Of a stretch of DNA of 64,000 bases, positions 1 through 12,604 are shown one piece after another. The translations under genes were made by a program, and so were the position numbers. The stretch's first letter is position 1. Each line of letters starts with the position of its first letter. The DNA is from Octopus vulgaris. Taxonomy: Eukaryota. Location of the stretch: NCBI GenBank assembly GCA_951406725.2, contig OX597825.1, forward strand, positions 42,222,001-42,286,000, given 5' to 3'. The notes beneath the pieces are model-generated. The model saw nothing but the letters and a program-made list of their open reading frames with translations. It searched no databases and was not told the DNA's origin.

Positions 1-889
1 TTCTTCAGTCATTTTGGCAAATGAACTTATCAAAGTTCCCAAGAATTCTCTGATTGTCTAATTATTATTGTCATTGTAGGCCAGCAATAGTTTCCTTGTT
101 CTCTAGATTTTTAACTTAAACTACATTATCCAATTGCTAATTTGTCTGCTGCTATGCAACATGTTAAGATGTGTATAAAGGAGCTAGTTCAACGTATTTA
201 CACCTCTTTGTCTTCAGCAAGAAATTTTCTCCATCACAAAATGCAATAAATGGTTTTCTTGTAGGTTCGAACGTGCCTCAAGCATATTTGAACTGGTTAC
301 AAGTTTGTATTTCTAAACATCACTGCTTATCAGTGTCACACCATAAAGGAGTATATGTATTAACTTGAGGACACAAAATGGTCAAGTTCATGAGGTTCTG
401 GGCTTATTTCTATTGTATAACATCTTGGCAAGCATCATTTACCATAGCCTCTGGTCAGCCTGTGCCCTGTGTGTGAAATTGTATGGATGGAAACAGTGTG
501 GAAACGTGTTGGTGGTTCTTGTTATTCAAAGATCCAGCCTTATCAGAAACAGTATCGCTGATTTCTTCTGAAGTTTATTTTATTATTATATGACATGTTC
601 TTGGGAATAGTCAGTCACTTACATGTTAATTCAATGAGCAGATAGTCTAATTGATCATATTTTCATTGTTATAACCATGACAATCCCTTTACCTTTTAAT
701 TATTTACGATTATTAATCAGAGAAACAGCACAATTTCTGTAGAATTTACTGACCAAAAAGCCATGAGTCAAACCTTCTCATGGTCTGTATGTTTGCTCCT
801 CTTTAAGCAAAACACATAACTGCCTGTTACAGAATATCTGACAAACAAATCAAACTCCAATCACTACTATATTTTCAAACAGTAACTTG

Positions 890-945
890 TTACTGCTGCT
901 GTTGTTGTTGTTGTTGTTGCTAATATTGGTGCTGTTGCTGCTGCC
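890..945. repeat. (CTG)/(GTT) trinucleotide microsatellite
   Basis: Direct reading: ctgctgctgttgttgttgttg... Confidence 0.85.
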
Positions 946-2694
946 ACAATTGTTGTTGCCTGAATCCATACCCAAGTCAGTTCTGATTAGCAGATTTAAG
1001 ATCAAAAGTATTCTAACCACAGTAACATGAATCCTTATTTCAATAACATCCTTGTTTTCATCTTCATTATCCAGAATATCTGTCAGTTTTTTTGGGTTTT
1101 TTTAAGATGACAAAAAGTGATTTGGGGTAGATTTAGCTGCTATTCCTATTTGGTCTAGTAACTGCAATGTGTCTACATTATTGACTTTGTAAGAGGTTCA
1201 ATATTAAGAATCTCTTTTGAGTGTAAAATTAATTGCTCCTTAAGAAAGAAATCACACCTGTGTTAGTATGGAAAACTGAATGTGACAGAAATACAAAAAG
1301 ACAGACAGACACACACACACACACACATCCAAACTGTGAGGTGAAATGTACTGCAAACTTCTTATCATTTCTCACTGTACTTGAAAGTGGTTTCATACAT
1401 TCAGCATCTTCTATCAAGGAAGTATATACTCATTCATTCATTTACTATCAAATAATGTGAAAATTATCAATAAAATCTTTACTTCAAAGTACCACTTGTT
1501 GAAAAGTTCAAATTTACATTGAAATAGTTTGACATTGTACTGAAGTTCACCTCAGCTGTATAAAGATGGAGTTAAAGACATCACTGTAAATCTGTTTATT
1601 TAGACAACTTCTATTTTGTTTTTCACCTTCATGACTTTAGCTAATTACATTTGCTCTTCGTTTTTATTTTTTACTGTAAGATACCATTTCCTGTAGACAA
1701 AAATTCACTGGGGTTTTTTAATTTATCAGAAGCATCTTTCTACAATAGTAACTCAATATTCAACAAAATATCTTGTGTAGATACAGGAATCCTCATAATA
1801 CTAATAATTTTGTGTTGTGACTATGTAGTTCCAAGTTCAGTCCCACTTTGAAACACATTGACTGATATGGCAGACTTGGCTCCAATAGCATGTATTTGAA
1901 TGGAATTATAGTATATGGAATACAAGCATATACATGCATGCACATGCATACCTTCATACATATAAACATACAAACTAAAAGAGCATCAAAGAGTTAGCTA
2001 ACTGCATTTATTGTTTAGTTTACACATATTTTGTTAGCCTCAGTAAACCAGTCTTGTCTTATACCATTTCAGCATTAACAACTACTGATCTATCTCTGTG
2101 TACTGTGGAGATCTTCCCTAACAGTCCACATCAAAGATAACTTGTCCCAACATTACAACAAGCAATAAGCTAATTGATTTCATCAAAAGTCACATATGCT
2201 CCTTTGATGTAATCGTAAAAATGGCAATTACATTTAAGCAGAATACCAGAAGAGATTAAAATAGATGGAAGAGTAAGTAACAGAAGAAATTAATAAAACA
2301 AATTATCTTGTTTCATATTACACTGGCAGTACAAGGTTAATGAAACATGTAAACTAAGCTAAACATTAAATGCAGTTAACTAACTCTATTCATTGATGTT
2401 TTTTTTTATTATGTATGGTCTACAGATGTTCTTGTGGATTTTTGGATTACTGGTGTGGTGGCATCCTAGTGCATATTCCCACTGTTTAACAGTTAGATAG
2501 TCAATATCCAAGCAAGTACATCATAAGGTGCACATCTGCATTACTCATCCTAATTCAACTATATATACACCTATGTATTTATGTGTGCATTCTTGTGTGT
2601 ATATATATGTGTATATATGTGTATCTATATCTATATATATATGGAAAAAAAAGTCAAGATAGAACAGGCTAGAATAATTTTATAAAAAACATTT

Positions 2695-2730
2695 CAGTAC
2701 CGGTTTCAGTCATTGAGACTTTTTCAACTG
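2695..2730 (-). ncRNA. Minimal type I hammerhead ribozyme motif, U3-A8 core variant, in a PLE terminal repeat
   Basis: Minus strand reads cag-TTGAAAA-agtc(tcaat)gact-GAAA-ccgg-TA-ctg. Stem I cag/ctg, perfect 4-bp stem II, palindromic stem III ACCGGT, GUA cleavage triplet. Lies next to (TA)n and PLE fragments. Confidence 0.75.
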
Positions 2731-3079
2731 TAAGTATGGAAGACAATTAAATTTTGGAAAAATTAAAAATAAAGTTTTTTTAAAGGAATATTTGCATAGT
2801 GTTCAAATACAAGTGGCATTTTCCTTGTTTCTGCCTGTCTCTGTTTCTCTTGTAGTAAGAAATTCCCCAAAACAGAAGAAGAATAATAATTTGGGAGTGC
2901 CATGACCTGTTGTGGATGGTAGTAGTGATTTAATTCCTGAAACATCTCTTTTGAATGTTTTGTTTATAAAATTTGCATAGGTGTTATTCTAAACAGCAAT
3001 AGTGGTAAAGTTTGAAAGGAGGAGGAAGAAGACAAAGAAGAAGAAAGAGAAGGGAGAAGAAGCAGAAATGTAGTAGTAA

Positions 3080-3440
3080 GAAATTCCCCAAAACAGAAAA
3101 ATAGCATTCAGCCAACACATATGCATTTGCTCCAATAACAAAAATCGAGGCTTCAGAATTTTTCCACTCAACCAATTCAGAGATCATACAACCTGGAGCT
3201 AACAAAAAGTAAAGAGACTCTCTCTATTATAAAATACAGACCTCTTTTGAACATGTCTACAACAAACGACATATCCACCACAGCCTTAGAATAACACAAA
3301 TACACACACAAATATAAAAAATGATACACTCAAGAGATTCCTAAAAAATTCATTAAAATACAGTCCCAATAACTGCTATAATCCATAGCATGCCAGTTTT
3401 AAGTCATTTGAACATTTAACACCTTACGATAAAGACTAAT
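3080..3440 (+). mobile_element. Penelope-like element 3' end: C-terminal GIY-YIG fragment plus 3' UTR
   Basis: Manual translation EIPQNRKIAFSQHICICSNNKNRGFRIFPLNQF...KYRPLLN matches AFPEYRMIPFSEHIEKC...FLIFPFYQC...KYKPRLN of the element at 36332-36811. Confidence 0.75.
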
Positions 3441-3446
3441 TTCGAG

Positions 3447-4520
3447 TTATCCCTTGACTAGGTTAGCAAAGGAGGGGGCCATTCTCGTACCCATCGCAGT
3501 CCCCGATTTTTGTTGGTAGAAGTTGCCTTTGAAAGCAAAGTAGTTCTTTTCCAGGATGAATTTTAGCCCTTCTATCATGAATTCTTCTTTGATGTGATGT
3601 GGGAGTTCATTGGTGTAATTCTCTAGCCAGAATTGAATTGCCTTTATTCCTAGGTTGTGGGGGATATTGGAATAGAGGTTGACTACATTGAAGGATACTA
3701 TTAGGGAGTTTTTGTTTATTGCTTTAGGAAGGTGATTGAGCATATCCAGGTTCTCCCTTATATAGCTTTTGACATGTTTGAGGAATGGTTTTAAGAGGGT
3801 ATCTAAAAAGTTACTGACACGGTGGGTTTTGCATGCAGGACCTGTTGTTATAGGTTTCAATTTAAGGTCATTAGGATTAGGGACTTTAATTATTTTGACT
3901 TAATTATCTTGCATGCGTTACTTATTTTCTCACTTTAGTGTATCTTGGGAATACCATAGAATTGGCTGGTTTTACTTTCAAAATTGGTCATATAGTTATA
4001 TTCTTTGTCACTGAGCCCTTCTTTGTATAGGTTTAACATGGATTTTAGGTCACTCATTATTTTCTGCTGACTGTAGTCTTGGGCCTTTTCATAATATGTT
4101 GTGTCTTCCAATATGGATACTACTAAAGTTATATAGAATACCATGTCCATTAAGACAACTGCACTCCCTTTATCAGCCTCTTTGATTGTTATTGTTTTGT
4201 CATCTTTTAATTTGTTTGGCTCAGCCCATTCTTTTTTGCTGAAGTTTGGTTTGTGTTTTTGTTTGTGCATATGTTGATATGGGTAATTCAAGATGTATTC
4301 ACAGAAATGATCAAGAGTTTTGTTCTTATCTTTTGAGTGGGTGTAGTTACTTCTATTTCGGACCAACGATTCGTCCTCATATTTGTCGTATAGTTCTTCA
4401 GCAAGTCGTAATTTTCTACAGAATTTTGTGATATCTTCTTTCATTTCATTGTAGTTGGAGTGTTGTAGGGTGGGTGTAAACTTGAGTCCTTTGGAGAGTA
4501 TATTGATTTAGTTTACTGCA
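3447..4520 (-). mobile_element. Penelope-like (Neptune-type) reverse transcriptase fragment, truncated
   Basis: ORFs 3935-4444 and 3447-3860: LSKGLKFTPT, KEADKGSAVV, FYGIPKIH, VSFNVVNLYSNIPH, GTAMGTRMAPSFANL. Homologous to 34.5-35.6 kb. Confidence 0.92.
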
Positions 4521-4544
4521 AAGCCAAACAGATCTAGAAGCCAA

Positions 4545-4690
4545 GCCAAACAGATCATGGAATGTGGTGCAGCCCCATGCCTTGCCAGTTCCTATCAAAT
4601 AATCCAAGCCATGCCAGCATGGAAAACAGCTGTTAAATGATGATGATGACGATGAGGATGAGGAAGAGAATGATGATGATGATGTTAAAT
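4545..4690 (+). mobile_element. RTE LINE 3' tail fragment with (GAT)n tail
   Basis: Similar to the 3' end of the RTE at 28410-28518 (ccatgccagcatggaaaac...gttaaatgatgatgatg). Confidence 0.75.
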
Positions 4691-6319
4691 ATAAGTGTGT
4701 GTGTGTGTGTGTGTGCAGAGTAGATAGATCGATGACAGCTAAATACTCAAAGTGGCCCAAGAAAATATGCACATACGAACACATATTCACATACACCTAC
4801 ACACACACGTAAGAGACTGAATCTTGTGTAAGATTTAACAAAGGACGATGAGAAATGCTAATAAGTTATGCTTGAGAAAGACCATCTGACCCATGCAAGC
4901 ATGCAAAAGTGTATGTAATGATGATATCAATTAAAGGGAATATTTTGATTTTATTTGTTTAGGCATAAAAATATATTTTGCTGAGTTAGATGTTATCAAA
5001 TAAACTGAGTCAGTATTTTATTGTTAGTTATTTTCTCATTCGCTCAATGACCATTAGCCCAGTTAATTTATCAATTTTGAAAATCGTGTATGTTTAATTT
5101 AATATATCTTAAAGCAAAGTCAAATCAGTGTATATTTTATCATTAAAGCATTCATTACATATTTATAGAAAGAAAGCACTAAAATATACTAAATGTTCAG
5201 CATAACAGAAAGAAAAAGAAAACTAAAAATTATCTCCACTGTTTTTTGCAAGTTAGGGTATTGATGTGTGAATAATTATTATTGCACAACTAATTCATTG
5301 ATAAGTATCTGCCATAGGCTTGTTGATACCTTTTCATTTTTGTGGGACATTTAGTTCATGAAGCTAAAAGGAATTCAAAGGAAGCAGAAATGTTACTGCT
5401 TGTAATTGATTGGCATGTACCCAAGGAAAACATACATACATATGTACGTACACACATAAACACACACACACATACACACACAAAATGACACTTCACATAT
5501 TTAGGAGACTGCTTATCAAAAACAAAAAAAAAAAAATACTATCTCCAAATTTGAAGCCACAAATATCAGCCTGGTTAAATTGGTTAATCTTAAGATAAAT
5601 TAACCGAGTGAGCCTTTCAGTGAAAATTTTGGTGATTTTTGACTGAAACTTGACATAACCTTGCAGAGTTACTACAAAGAACATGGCCGAACGTAACAAG
5701 ATCAACAACACAACTGAGGAACAGAACGAAAACAACAATACAACAGTTCAACAGGTTCTTTGTAGCTGTAGTTATAGAAGAAACTGTAACTACAAAACAC
5801 ATATTTCTTCACGTTATGAAACAAAACATACAAATCTGCTCATGCACTGACTCCAAATACTGCACATATAAACACATACAAGCAAAAATACCATTGATGT
5901 TGTTGAAATTCCAGTGGAATGAGTTTTGGATCCAGGTTAGGAGCCAACTCTTTCTCTATTGGCAAGAAATCTTGAAATAAAATGAAATAATGACATGACA
6001 TGCATGCATGTCTTGTCATTATTCAGTTTTATTTATGTATGCTTGCATGCATACAGATGTATGTATGTACATACATACATGCATGCATGCATACATGTAT
6101 ACATACATACTTACAAACATACATATATACGTACATTAGTATGACACATTGCGCAGGTGTTCTCTATCAAAATCTCATGTTTCATAAGTGAAATCTGTTA
6201 GATAGGAACTTTGCATGCCTGCATAGAAGGCCAACATTAAACAATGATGATGATGTCATGTGTACAAATATGTCTATATGTGTGAATAATAATTTCAATT
6301 GAGAAAGATATCAGAAAAG

Positions 6320-7110
6320 AAACAACATCTCTCCATAGAAATGGTCATTAGAGACATTGACTGGACATGTGGCATGAACATCAACAGCAAGCTACTAACA
6401 TAACCCCAGTTCACAGATGACAAGAGTCACCATTGTGATAACAGATCAGTTGCAGACAGAGCTGGACAACTATAACTGAGCAGTAGGCCTTAAAATAAAC
6501 AGAATGAAAACAAAATTCTTGCAATCTGAAAATGTAGCATAAGGCAGAACAGGGGTGGGGAATGATAAACTGAGGAGGTAAAGGAGTATGTCTACACACA
6601 GTGAATATGTACTGAGGCATGAATGCTGAAATCTCAAAGGGAATAAGGACAGGATAAAAAGCATTTGCCCCAGTAGAGTTTGTGCTGAAAGCAAACCTAC
6701 CCAAGACCACATGTACCAGGCTCTTCAATGGCTATATCCTACCTGTGCTCTGATATGCAAATGTGATGTAAGATACAATGAAGAGGAAGAACATTGATTG
6801 GCTATAATACAAAATCTCGCAGAAAGAACCATGCACGGAATATTATGATGAAAGCATGTCCAAAATGTGATAAATTTAAAATGGAGTGGAGTGAATTGTA
6901 TGATTACAGAGTATCAAAAGTACAAGTCCCACTGAGCCATATGCAAGTTACAAGTTCACAAAAGAATAGATAGATCAATACAGTTGCAAATTGGCATCCA
7001 AGGAATTGGAAAAACTACTTGGAAGGTCCCCATGATGATGGGAAAACAACTTAATTAAAGGATTTGGGCCAAGATGGAAAAGTATTAGGCAATTAAGAAA
7101 GAATTTAAAG
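6320..7110 (+). mobile_element. Old RTE-clade LINE relic (RT C-terminal half)
   Basis: Degenerate frames GMNINSK..QFTDD, VGLKINRMKTKF, LFNGYILPVL*Y, WHPRNWK..GRSP..W; many stops and frameshifts. Confidence 0.7.
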
Positions 7111-7119
7111 CACATTGGA

Positions 7120-7300
7120 TTGATGGACGGATGCACAGATGGATGTGTAAGTGAGGAGGTAGGTAGGCAGATAAGTAGGTAAGGAGGTAAGGAGATAGAT
7201 AAGTAAGTAGTTAGGTTGGTAGGTAGGTGGGTGGGCAGACGGATGCACAGACACACAGACAGACAGACAGATAGATAGATGGATGGATAGATAGATAGAC

Positions 7301-7341
<41 letters not shown>

Positions 7342-7342
7342 T
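7120..7342. repeat. Compound tetranucleotide microsatellite (GGTA/GACA/GATA)n
   Basis: Direct reading; explains the spurious YLSI-repeat ORFs. Confidence 0.95.
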
Positions 7343-7889
7343 GCAAATGTCATCCTTCCTTCATATTTCTCCAGTCTAATGCAAACATTTCTGTTGCATC
7401 GCATATCATACTTCAAATGTCCAATTTTTACTCTCAGCTCATTTTTGTGTTCTGTTATTCATTTACACTAACTTTATACAACTAGCATTATGTTGCCTCA
7501 TTTCTTTCTAGCCTTCCACATTCAATGGGCATCTTATTCTAGTCTGGCACTTATGCTTTCAGAACATCCCTCTTCCTTTCCACAGCTAGATATACCACCT
7601 TCGTAACAGCAGCCATCGGCTACTAGGAAATCTGAATGTTTGAAATAATTGGTGCCCTTACTGCTGACTACTCAAGTACAGTCGTTTTGAGACATTGAGG
7701 TGAGGCAGTTATAACTGTTGCACAGTATCATAATTTTTGAATATCATACCAATACTTGTAATAAGTTGACCTACCAATTTTTTTAAAATCTAGATTAAAG
7801 GAGATGGCTGTAACAGTACTTTGAACACACCCTGCTAAACACTGCTTGTCACAGATGACTAGTTTGCAGAATATAGTTGGGATGTGAGG

Positions 7890-8298
7890 AAGCTTGCTAT
7901 TTGTGTTGAACAGGGCAAAGATGCTTCAGGAACATATGAAATACTCCAGACTGCTTTTTGATTAAGTTTGCATCCAGCACAAGAGGATCAAGAATGATAG
8001 AGAGGAGGTAGGAATGATGAGCGATATAGGAGGGAGAAGGACATCAAAACATCAGAGCTGTTTGAGAAAATTCACTATTTTCCAGATGAAGACCATAGTG
8101 TGTCAATAAAGACAAAAAGCATACAGTCTGGAGTTGGTGTGGCAACTGTACACAGAATTATTCATGAAGAACTAAACATGCACAAAATTTTTGCAAAGTT
8201 TGTTCTTAGGGTACTCAGTGATGGACATTTGAAGTTAATAAATCTTTGAAGTCAATACATGTTAACAAATGTTAATAAACTTCTGGGATACACCTTGT
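7890..8298 (+). mobile_element. Mariner-like transposase relic (N-terminal HTH region), internally deleted
   Basis: CVEQGKDASGTYEILQTAF ... VSIKTKSIQSGVGVATVHRIIHEELNMHKIFAKFVLRVLSD (WVPHEL-equivalent motif); probable right TIR near 8275-8298. Confidence 0.75.
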
Positions 8299-9544
8299 CC
8301 CCTCTTCTCTAACTTGTTATCCCACTACACCTCTTCTGCATCCATAATGTATACTGGGTATAGAGTTTAAAATCCAACATACTTTTTTTTTTTTGCATGT
8401 CATATGGTAGCAGAGTCCTATAATCTTTCCTGCTTACTAAAAGGTTTGTCCTTGCTCATATTACTTCAAGTCTTCTACTTTCTGGGATTTGCTTTCACTT
8501 GAATTTCTTCTCTTAATCTTGATCATCAAAATAGAGAAGTCCCATAGGCAGCCAGTCTTTAAAATCACAGTAATAAAATGTTTGGTCTGACAACTGAGCT
8601 TTGTTGGATACCTACATGTATGTTAAATTCCTTAGCAAATTTGTGCTAAACATTCAGATTACAGACAGCATTTTTGTATATTACTAGTATAGCTGTCTCT
8701 AGCAAATTATTTACACCCACATTTCATTGAGACCACCAGATTGCATATCATGATAATCTGTTCTTGAGTAGCATTCTTTAACTTCTCCAAATCAAGAAAT
8801 TCTAGTCCAAGTGATTTTTCTTTTTTCTCAGAACTTCTGTTGAGGCTTCACTAGGGAGAGATCATCAGTGGATCTTGTTTAAACATAAACAGGAACAACA
8901 TAATTACATATACAATGATGGGTTGTACCTAATTTTGGTGCCTTCTTACAGCAAAGTAGAGGAACCCTTTGGCTGGTATTCAATTCATGAAAAGATTCAG
9001 TGAATTGTTTCCATTAAGAAATTATTGCCAGAATCATTTCTTTTTGGCAGTAAAAAATATATAAAAACTTAGCGATTTAATTTTTTTCCCCCCTTTTTTA
9101 AATTGAATAGTCTGATCTTGAAAAAAAACAGAGACCTCTAAAATAAATAATAAAAGAGAAATTATTAAAAAAATCTGCAATTCAACTTAGTAAAAAAGAA
9201 CAATAAATGAATTTTGTTTCTAGAATATTTTCTTTTTGTTTCTAATTTAGAACATAATCAGAGCTGAAGATCTGCCAAAACTTTTTCCTTTTTCAAATCA
9301 TCAATTACTGAGTTATGATCAGACTTGTGTCAGTTATGATGTATTGCATATAACTTATTTTAAATAAATAAATATAGAAATGAATACATTATTAATTGGT
9401 GCATACTGTTTTAGTTTGCAACTTTCAAACTGAATTTGAATCAAGTGAAGCAATTTCAGTTTCTTGAAAGAGTTAAACAAGTTCAGAAATCTGCTACATA
9501 AATGAGAGTGTATGTAAGTGTGTATATCACCAAAAGGATCTGAA

Positions 9545-9873
9545 ATGGTGCATCATCAAGAAAAATGGATTTGATTTTCAAAATTTGCATCCCAAGAAGA
9601 TTTAGACCTACCAACACTATACAACCTCATTCAATTGGTTGTGAAAAATATGATTCCAACTACCAAACAACCCTTACAACAGGATGTGATAAAGGAGAGG
9701 ATTCCCCAAATTCCTCTTATGATGTGGAATTTCAGTTCCAAAGACTTCAACTTTCAGTGAGTCTTAAAGGGCGAACATTTTCAGTTGCCAGTTTACACCT
9801 TGAAGTGTCCTACTTTGCATATGGTCAGCTTTATGTTGGATGTTCAAGGGTAGGAAGTAAGAAAATATGTTAG
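9545..9873 (+). mobile_element. Helitron Pif1-like helicase C-terminal relic
   Basis: TGCDKGED...FQFQRLQLSVSL..SVASLHLEVSYFAYGQLYVGCSRVG matches the Helitron helicase motifs QFPVRL and HGQLYVALSRV. Confidence 0.8.
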
Positions 9874-11431
9874 AATTGAAAAAATATTAAACCAACAGAT
9901 TCAGACATGGCTGTGTGATTAAGAAATTCATTGTATAATCAAGTACTTTGTGTTCAATACCACTGTTTGTTACCTTAGTCCTCTTCAGCAGCCTTTGGTT
10001 GACCTATGCTTTGTGAAAGGAATTTTGGAAACAAACTTTGCAGAAGCTTTTTTTGCCAAAAGCAAAAACAAAAAAACCTTGTTTATCAAGTCATTATAAA
10101 TTGCACCCCAAAATGTAGAAATCCATTCTGATCAAGAGGCCTATCCATTGAGAAAGACATGGTCTGACATAGAATGCAAAAAGACTGAAATAAAAGCATT
10201 CTATTATGAAAATTGCTTGGCAATGACAGCTGTATATTCTAAAATACACTTATTCTTTGAACAGGAATATATTGGTGAGTGAGATATTTAAGTGATAGGA
10301 GATAGGACAACAGGCTGAAAAATTGGTAGAAACTATCCTGTCATCAGTACTTCATTGAGTATTGTGTCTATGTCTAAAAACTATCTCAAAAATGTATTTT
10401 GGTTGTATAAAGCACATTACTGAGTTAAGATTATCTCAGATGAAAATTTTTCTTTAGGTGTCCAATCAATATTTCCTCTAAAGAAATATTTTAACTGCGC
10501 ATTTGTTTATTACTTAACACTACAGAATAATAACAGAATAGCAGTTCTCTGGCAATTAACATAGAATTAACTGGCATAGCTGGTGAGGCTAAGATCCACT
10601 CTAAACCATATTTGAGGTTGTTCAAGAAGCTGAAAGTTCAATGAGGTATTTCATGAAAATTAAAAGGGCAGAATAAGTCTTAAGATTTAAAGGATTAACG
10701 TTCAATTAATCTAATCAACAATCTTTAGTTGGTAATGCTTCTCTGAAAATGACTTAGAGGGGCTTTGTCAGACTAATTTGTCCAACATGATTTGTCCAAC
10801 ATGTGCAGGAAAGCTGTGTCAGTGAGTGCTTCTATCATTTCTATGAGATTTGTACACAAAATTTGACATGATAATGTGAAGCTCGTTGGTCATTTCATCT
10901 TATCTGCTGGTAATGAAATGTTTATACACAACTATAATACAATGTCATTATAGAGCAAGTAATATTCCTCACTTACTGGCTATTTATTCTAATAGCCTTA
11001 TCACTCAAAGAGCATTTATTGTAACTCTTCAATTACATTATTTCATTCCTTTGTTCTTTTGCTGGCCTCAGTTATAGGATTATAACTACACTACAGCTCT
11101 ATTTGAAAATAGTTCTGATCATTTGAACCCTAGTACTACTTTATTAGGTAGTTGTTTTAATGAGTTCTCTTTAACAAATTTACCATTTTGTATCATATGC
11201 TATCTTATACCATTATACACACACATATATATACATATGTGAAAAAAGCTTCTGCAAAGTTTATTTCCCGAATTCCATTCACAAAGCATAGGTCAACCAA
11301 AGGCTGCTGTAGGGGACTAAGGTAACAAACAGTGTTATTGAACACAAACTATTTGATTATGCAATGAATTTCTTAATCACAGAGCCATGTCTGAATCTGT
11401 TGATTTTATATTTTTTCAGTTTTAACATATT
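9866..11431. repeat. Inverted repeat pair (~187 bp arms, 9866-10052 and 11242-11431) made of a decayed SINE head plus flank
   Basis: cagattcagacatggctgtgtgattaagaaattcattg... is the reverse complement of caatgaatttcttaatcacagagccatgtctgaatctg; the arms share unusual substitutions. Confidence 0.85.
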
Positions 11432-11890
11432 CTTTGCCAGACATGCAATATATTGCAGTGTGTCTATGCTCAGATAATACTTGTGTTACTAATCCTTAGA
11501 GAATTAGGAAATTTGGTTTACTTTTACAATTTACTTGACAACTTTGGAATTTGTAAGCCAAATATCAGTTTTAGAAGATTTAAATATGAGGTATTAAACT
11601 CTATAAAGTGTTACATCAAACATCTTTCATAACAATGGTATTTATATATGAAAGGGCAGAAATATGAAAATCTAAGCTAAAATCAAAAACTAACATCTTA
11701 TACATTGGTGTTTAATGAAACGAAGTAGAAATTATAAGCTTTGGTGCATATCTACTTCATTGAGAGGCTGCACTCAGTGCTTCAACATATGAACACTTCT
11801 ATGTAGTTAGTCATTCTGCTAGAAATGAATAACCAAATCTCCCAAAATACACATTATGCTATCTTACAAAAAGGACAGGTAGTTGGGTTA

Positions 11891-12036
11891 TTGACGTAAA
11901 AAGATATCCTACTACATATACTGAGTTCCTCCAGGCATGTTATACTCACTTGTAGTATGTGGATACACTCACTACAAGTAAGTACAAAATACTAAAGGGA
12001 ACTCAGTATATGTAGCACTATATCTTTTTACACCAA
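11891..12036. repeat. Long imperfect hairpin (~66-bp arms, 14-nt loop)
   Basis: gtaaaaagatat..ctacatatactgagttcc..acttgtagt / actacaagt..ggaactcagtatatgtag..atatctttttac. Confidence 0.85.
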
Positions 12037-12334
12037 GCACCTGAGGTGACACAGACTGCACTGATTGATGCAACACATCTAGATGCACAATATCTACTCA
12101 TAAGGGACAGCTGCAGCATGGGTCGAAACAATCATTGTGATGAATAAAGATACATACAAAATCCATTTTCTGTTTCCCTCATCAATTATAAACTAAATGA
12201 TCACTGCAGAATTCTTGATGTAGATCTAGTGAAAATTATACTGTAACTGTGGATGACATCAGGTAGTCCAAATGGGGAATTTGTTTTAATTGGCATACTA
12301 ATAAACATATATCCAAAGTCTAAATAATTACTTG

Positions 12335-12600
12335 TGTATGTGTGTGTGTGTGTGTGTGTGTCTATATGTCTTTATGACTGTGTTTGTTACCCATCACTGC
12401 TTGACAACTGATGGTGGTGTTTATGTCCCTGTAATTTAATAGTACAGCAAAAAAGACCAATAGAATAAGTACCAGGCTTAACAAAAAAATAAATAGTGGG
12501 GTCAATTCATTTGACTAAAAAAATTGTTCGAGGCAGTGTCTCATCATGGCCACAGTCTAATGACTGAAACAAGTAAAAAATAGAAGATAAAAGATAGATA
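12335..12600 (+). mobile_element. SINE 3' half following (TG)n
   Basis: gcttgacaactg...tagaataagtaccaggctt...ggggtcaattcatttgactaaaa...aatgactgaaacaagtaaaa, same family as 31305-31745. Confidence 0.85.
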
Positions 12601-12604
12601 TTCT

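Noticed and set aside
130-571. Coding-like stretch and short ORFs at the window start
   Set aside because: Multiple stops and no recognisable motif; cannot be supported as a gene or element.
5713-5745. CTGAGGA...GAAA hammerhead-like spacing
   Set aside because: No stem I, II or III pairing.
6975-7416. ORFs with YLSI repeats, and similar CV/YI/HT/poly-I ORFs throughout the window
   Set aside because: They are translations of microsatellites, not genes.
8840-8878. Minus-strand CTGATGA...GAAG motif
   Set aside because: GAAA is not intact and stem I does not pair.
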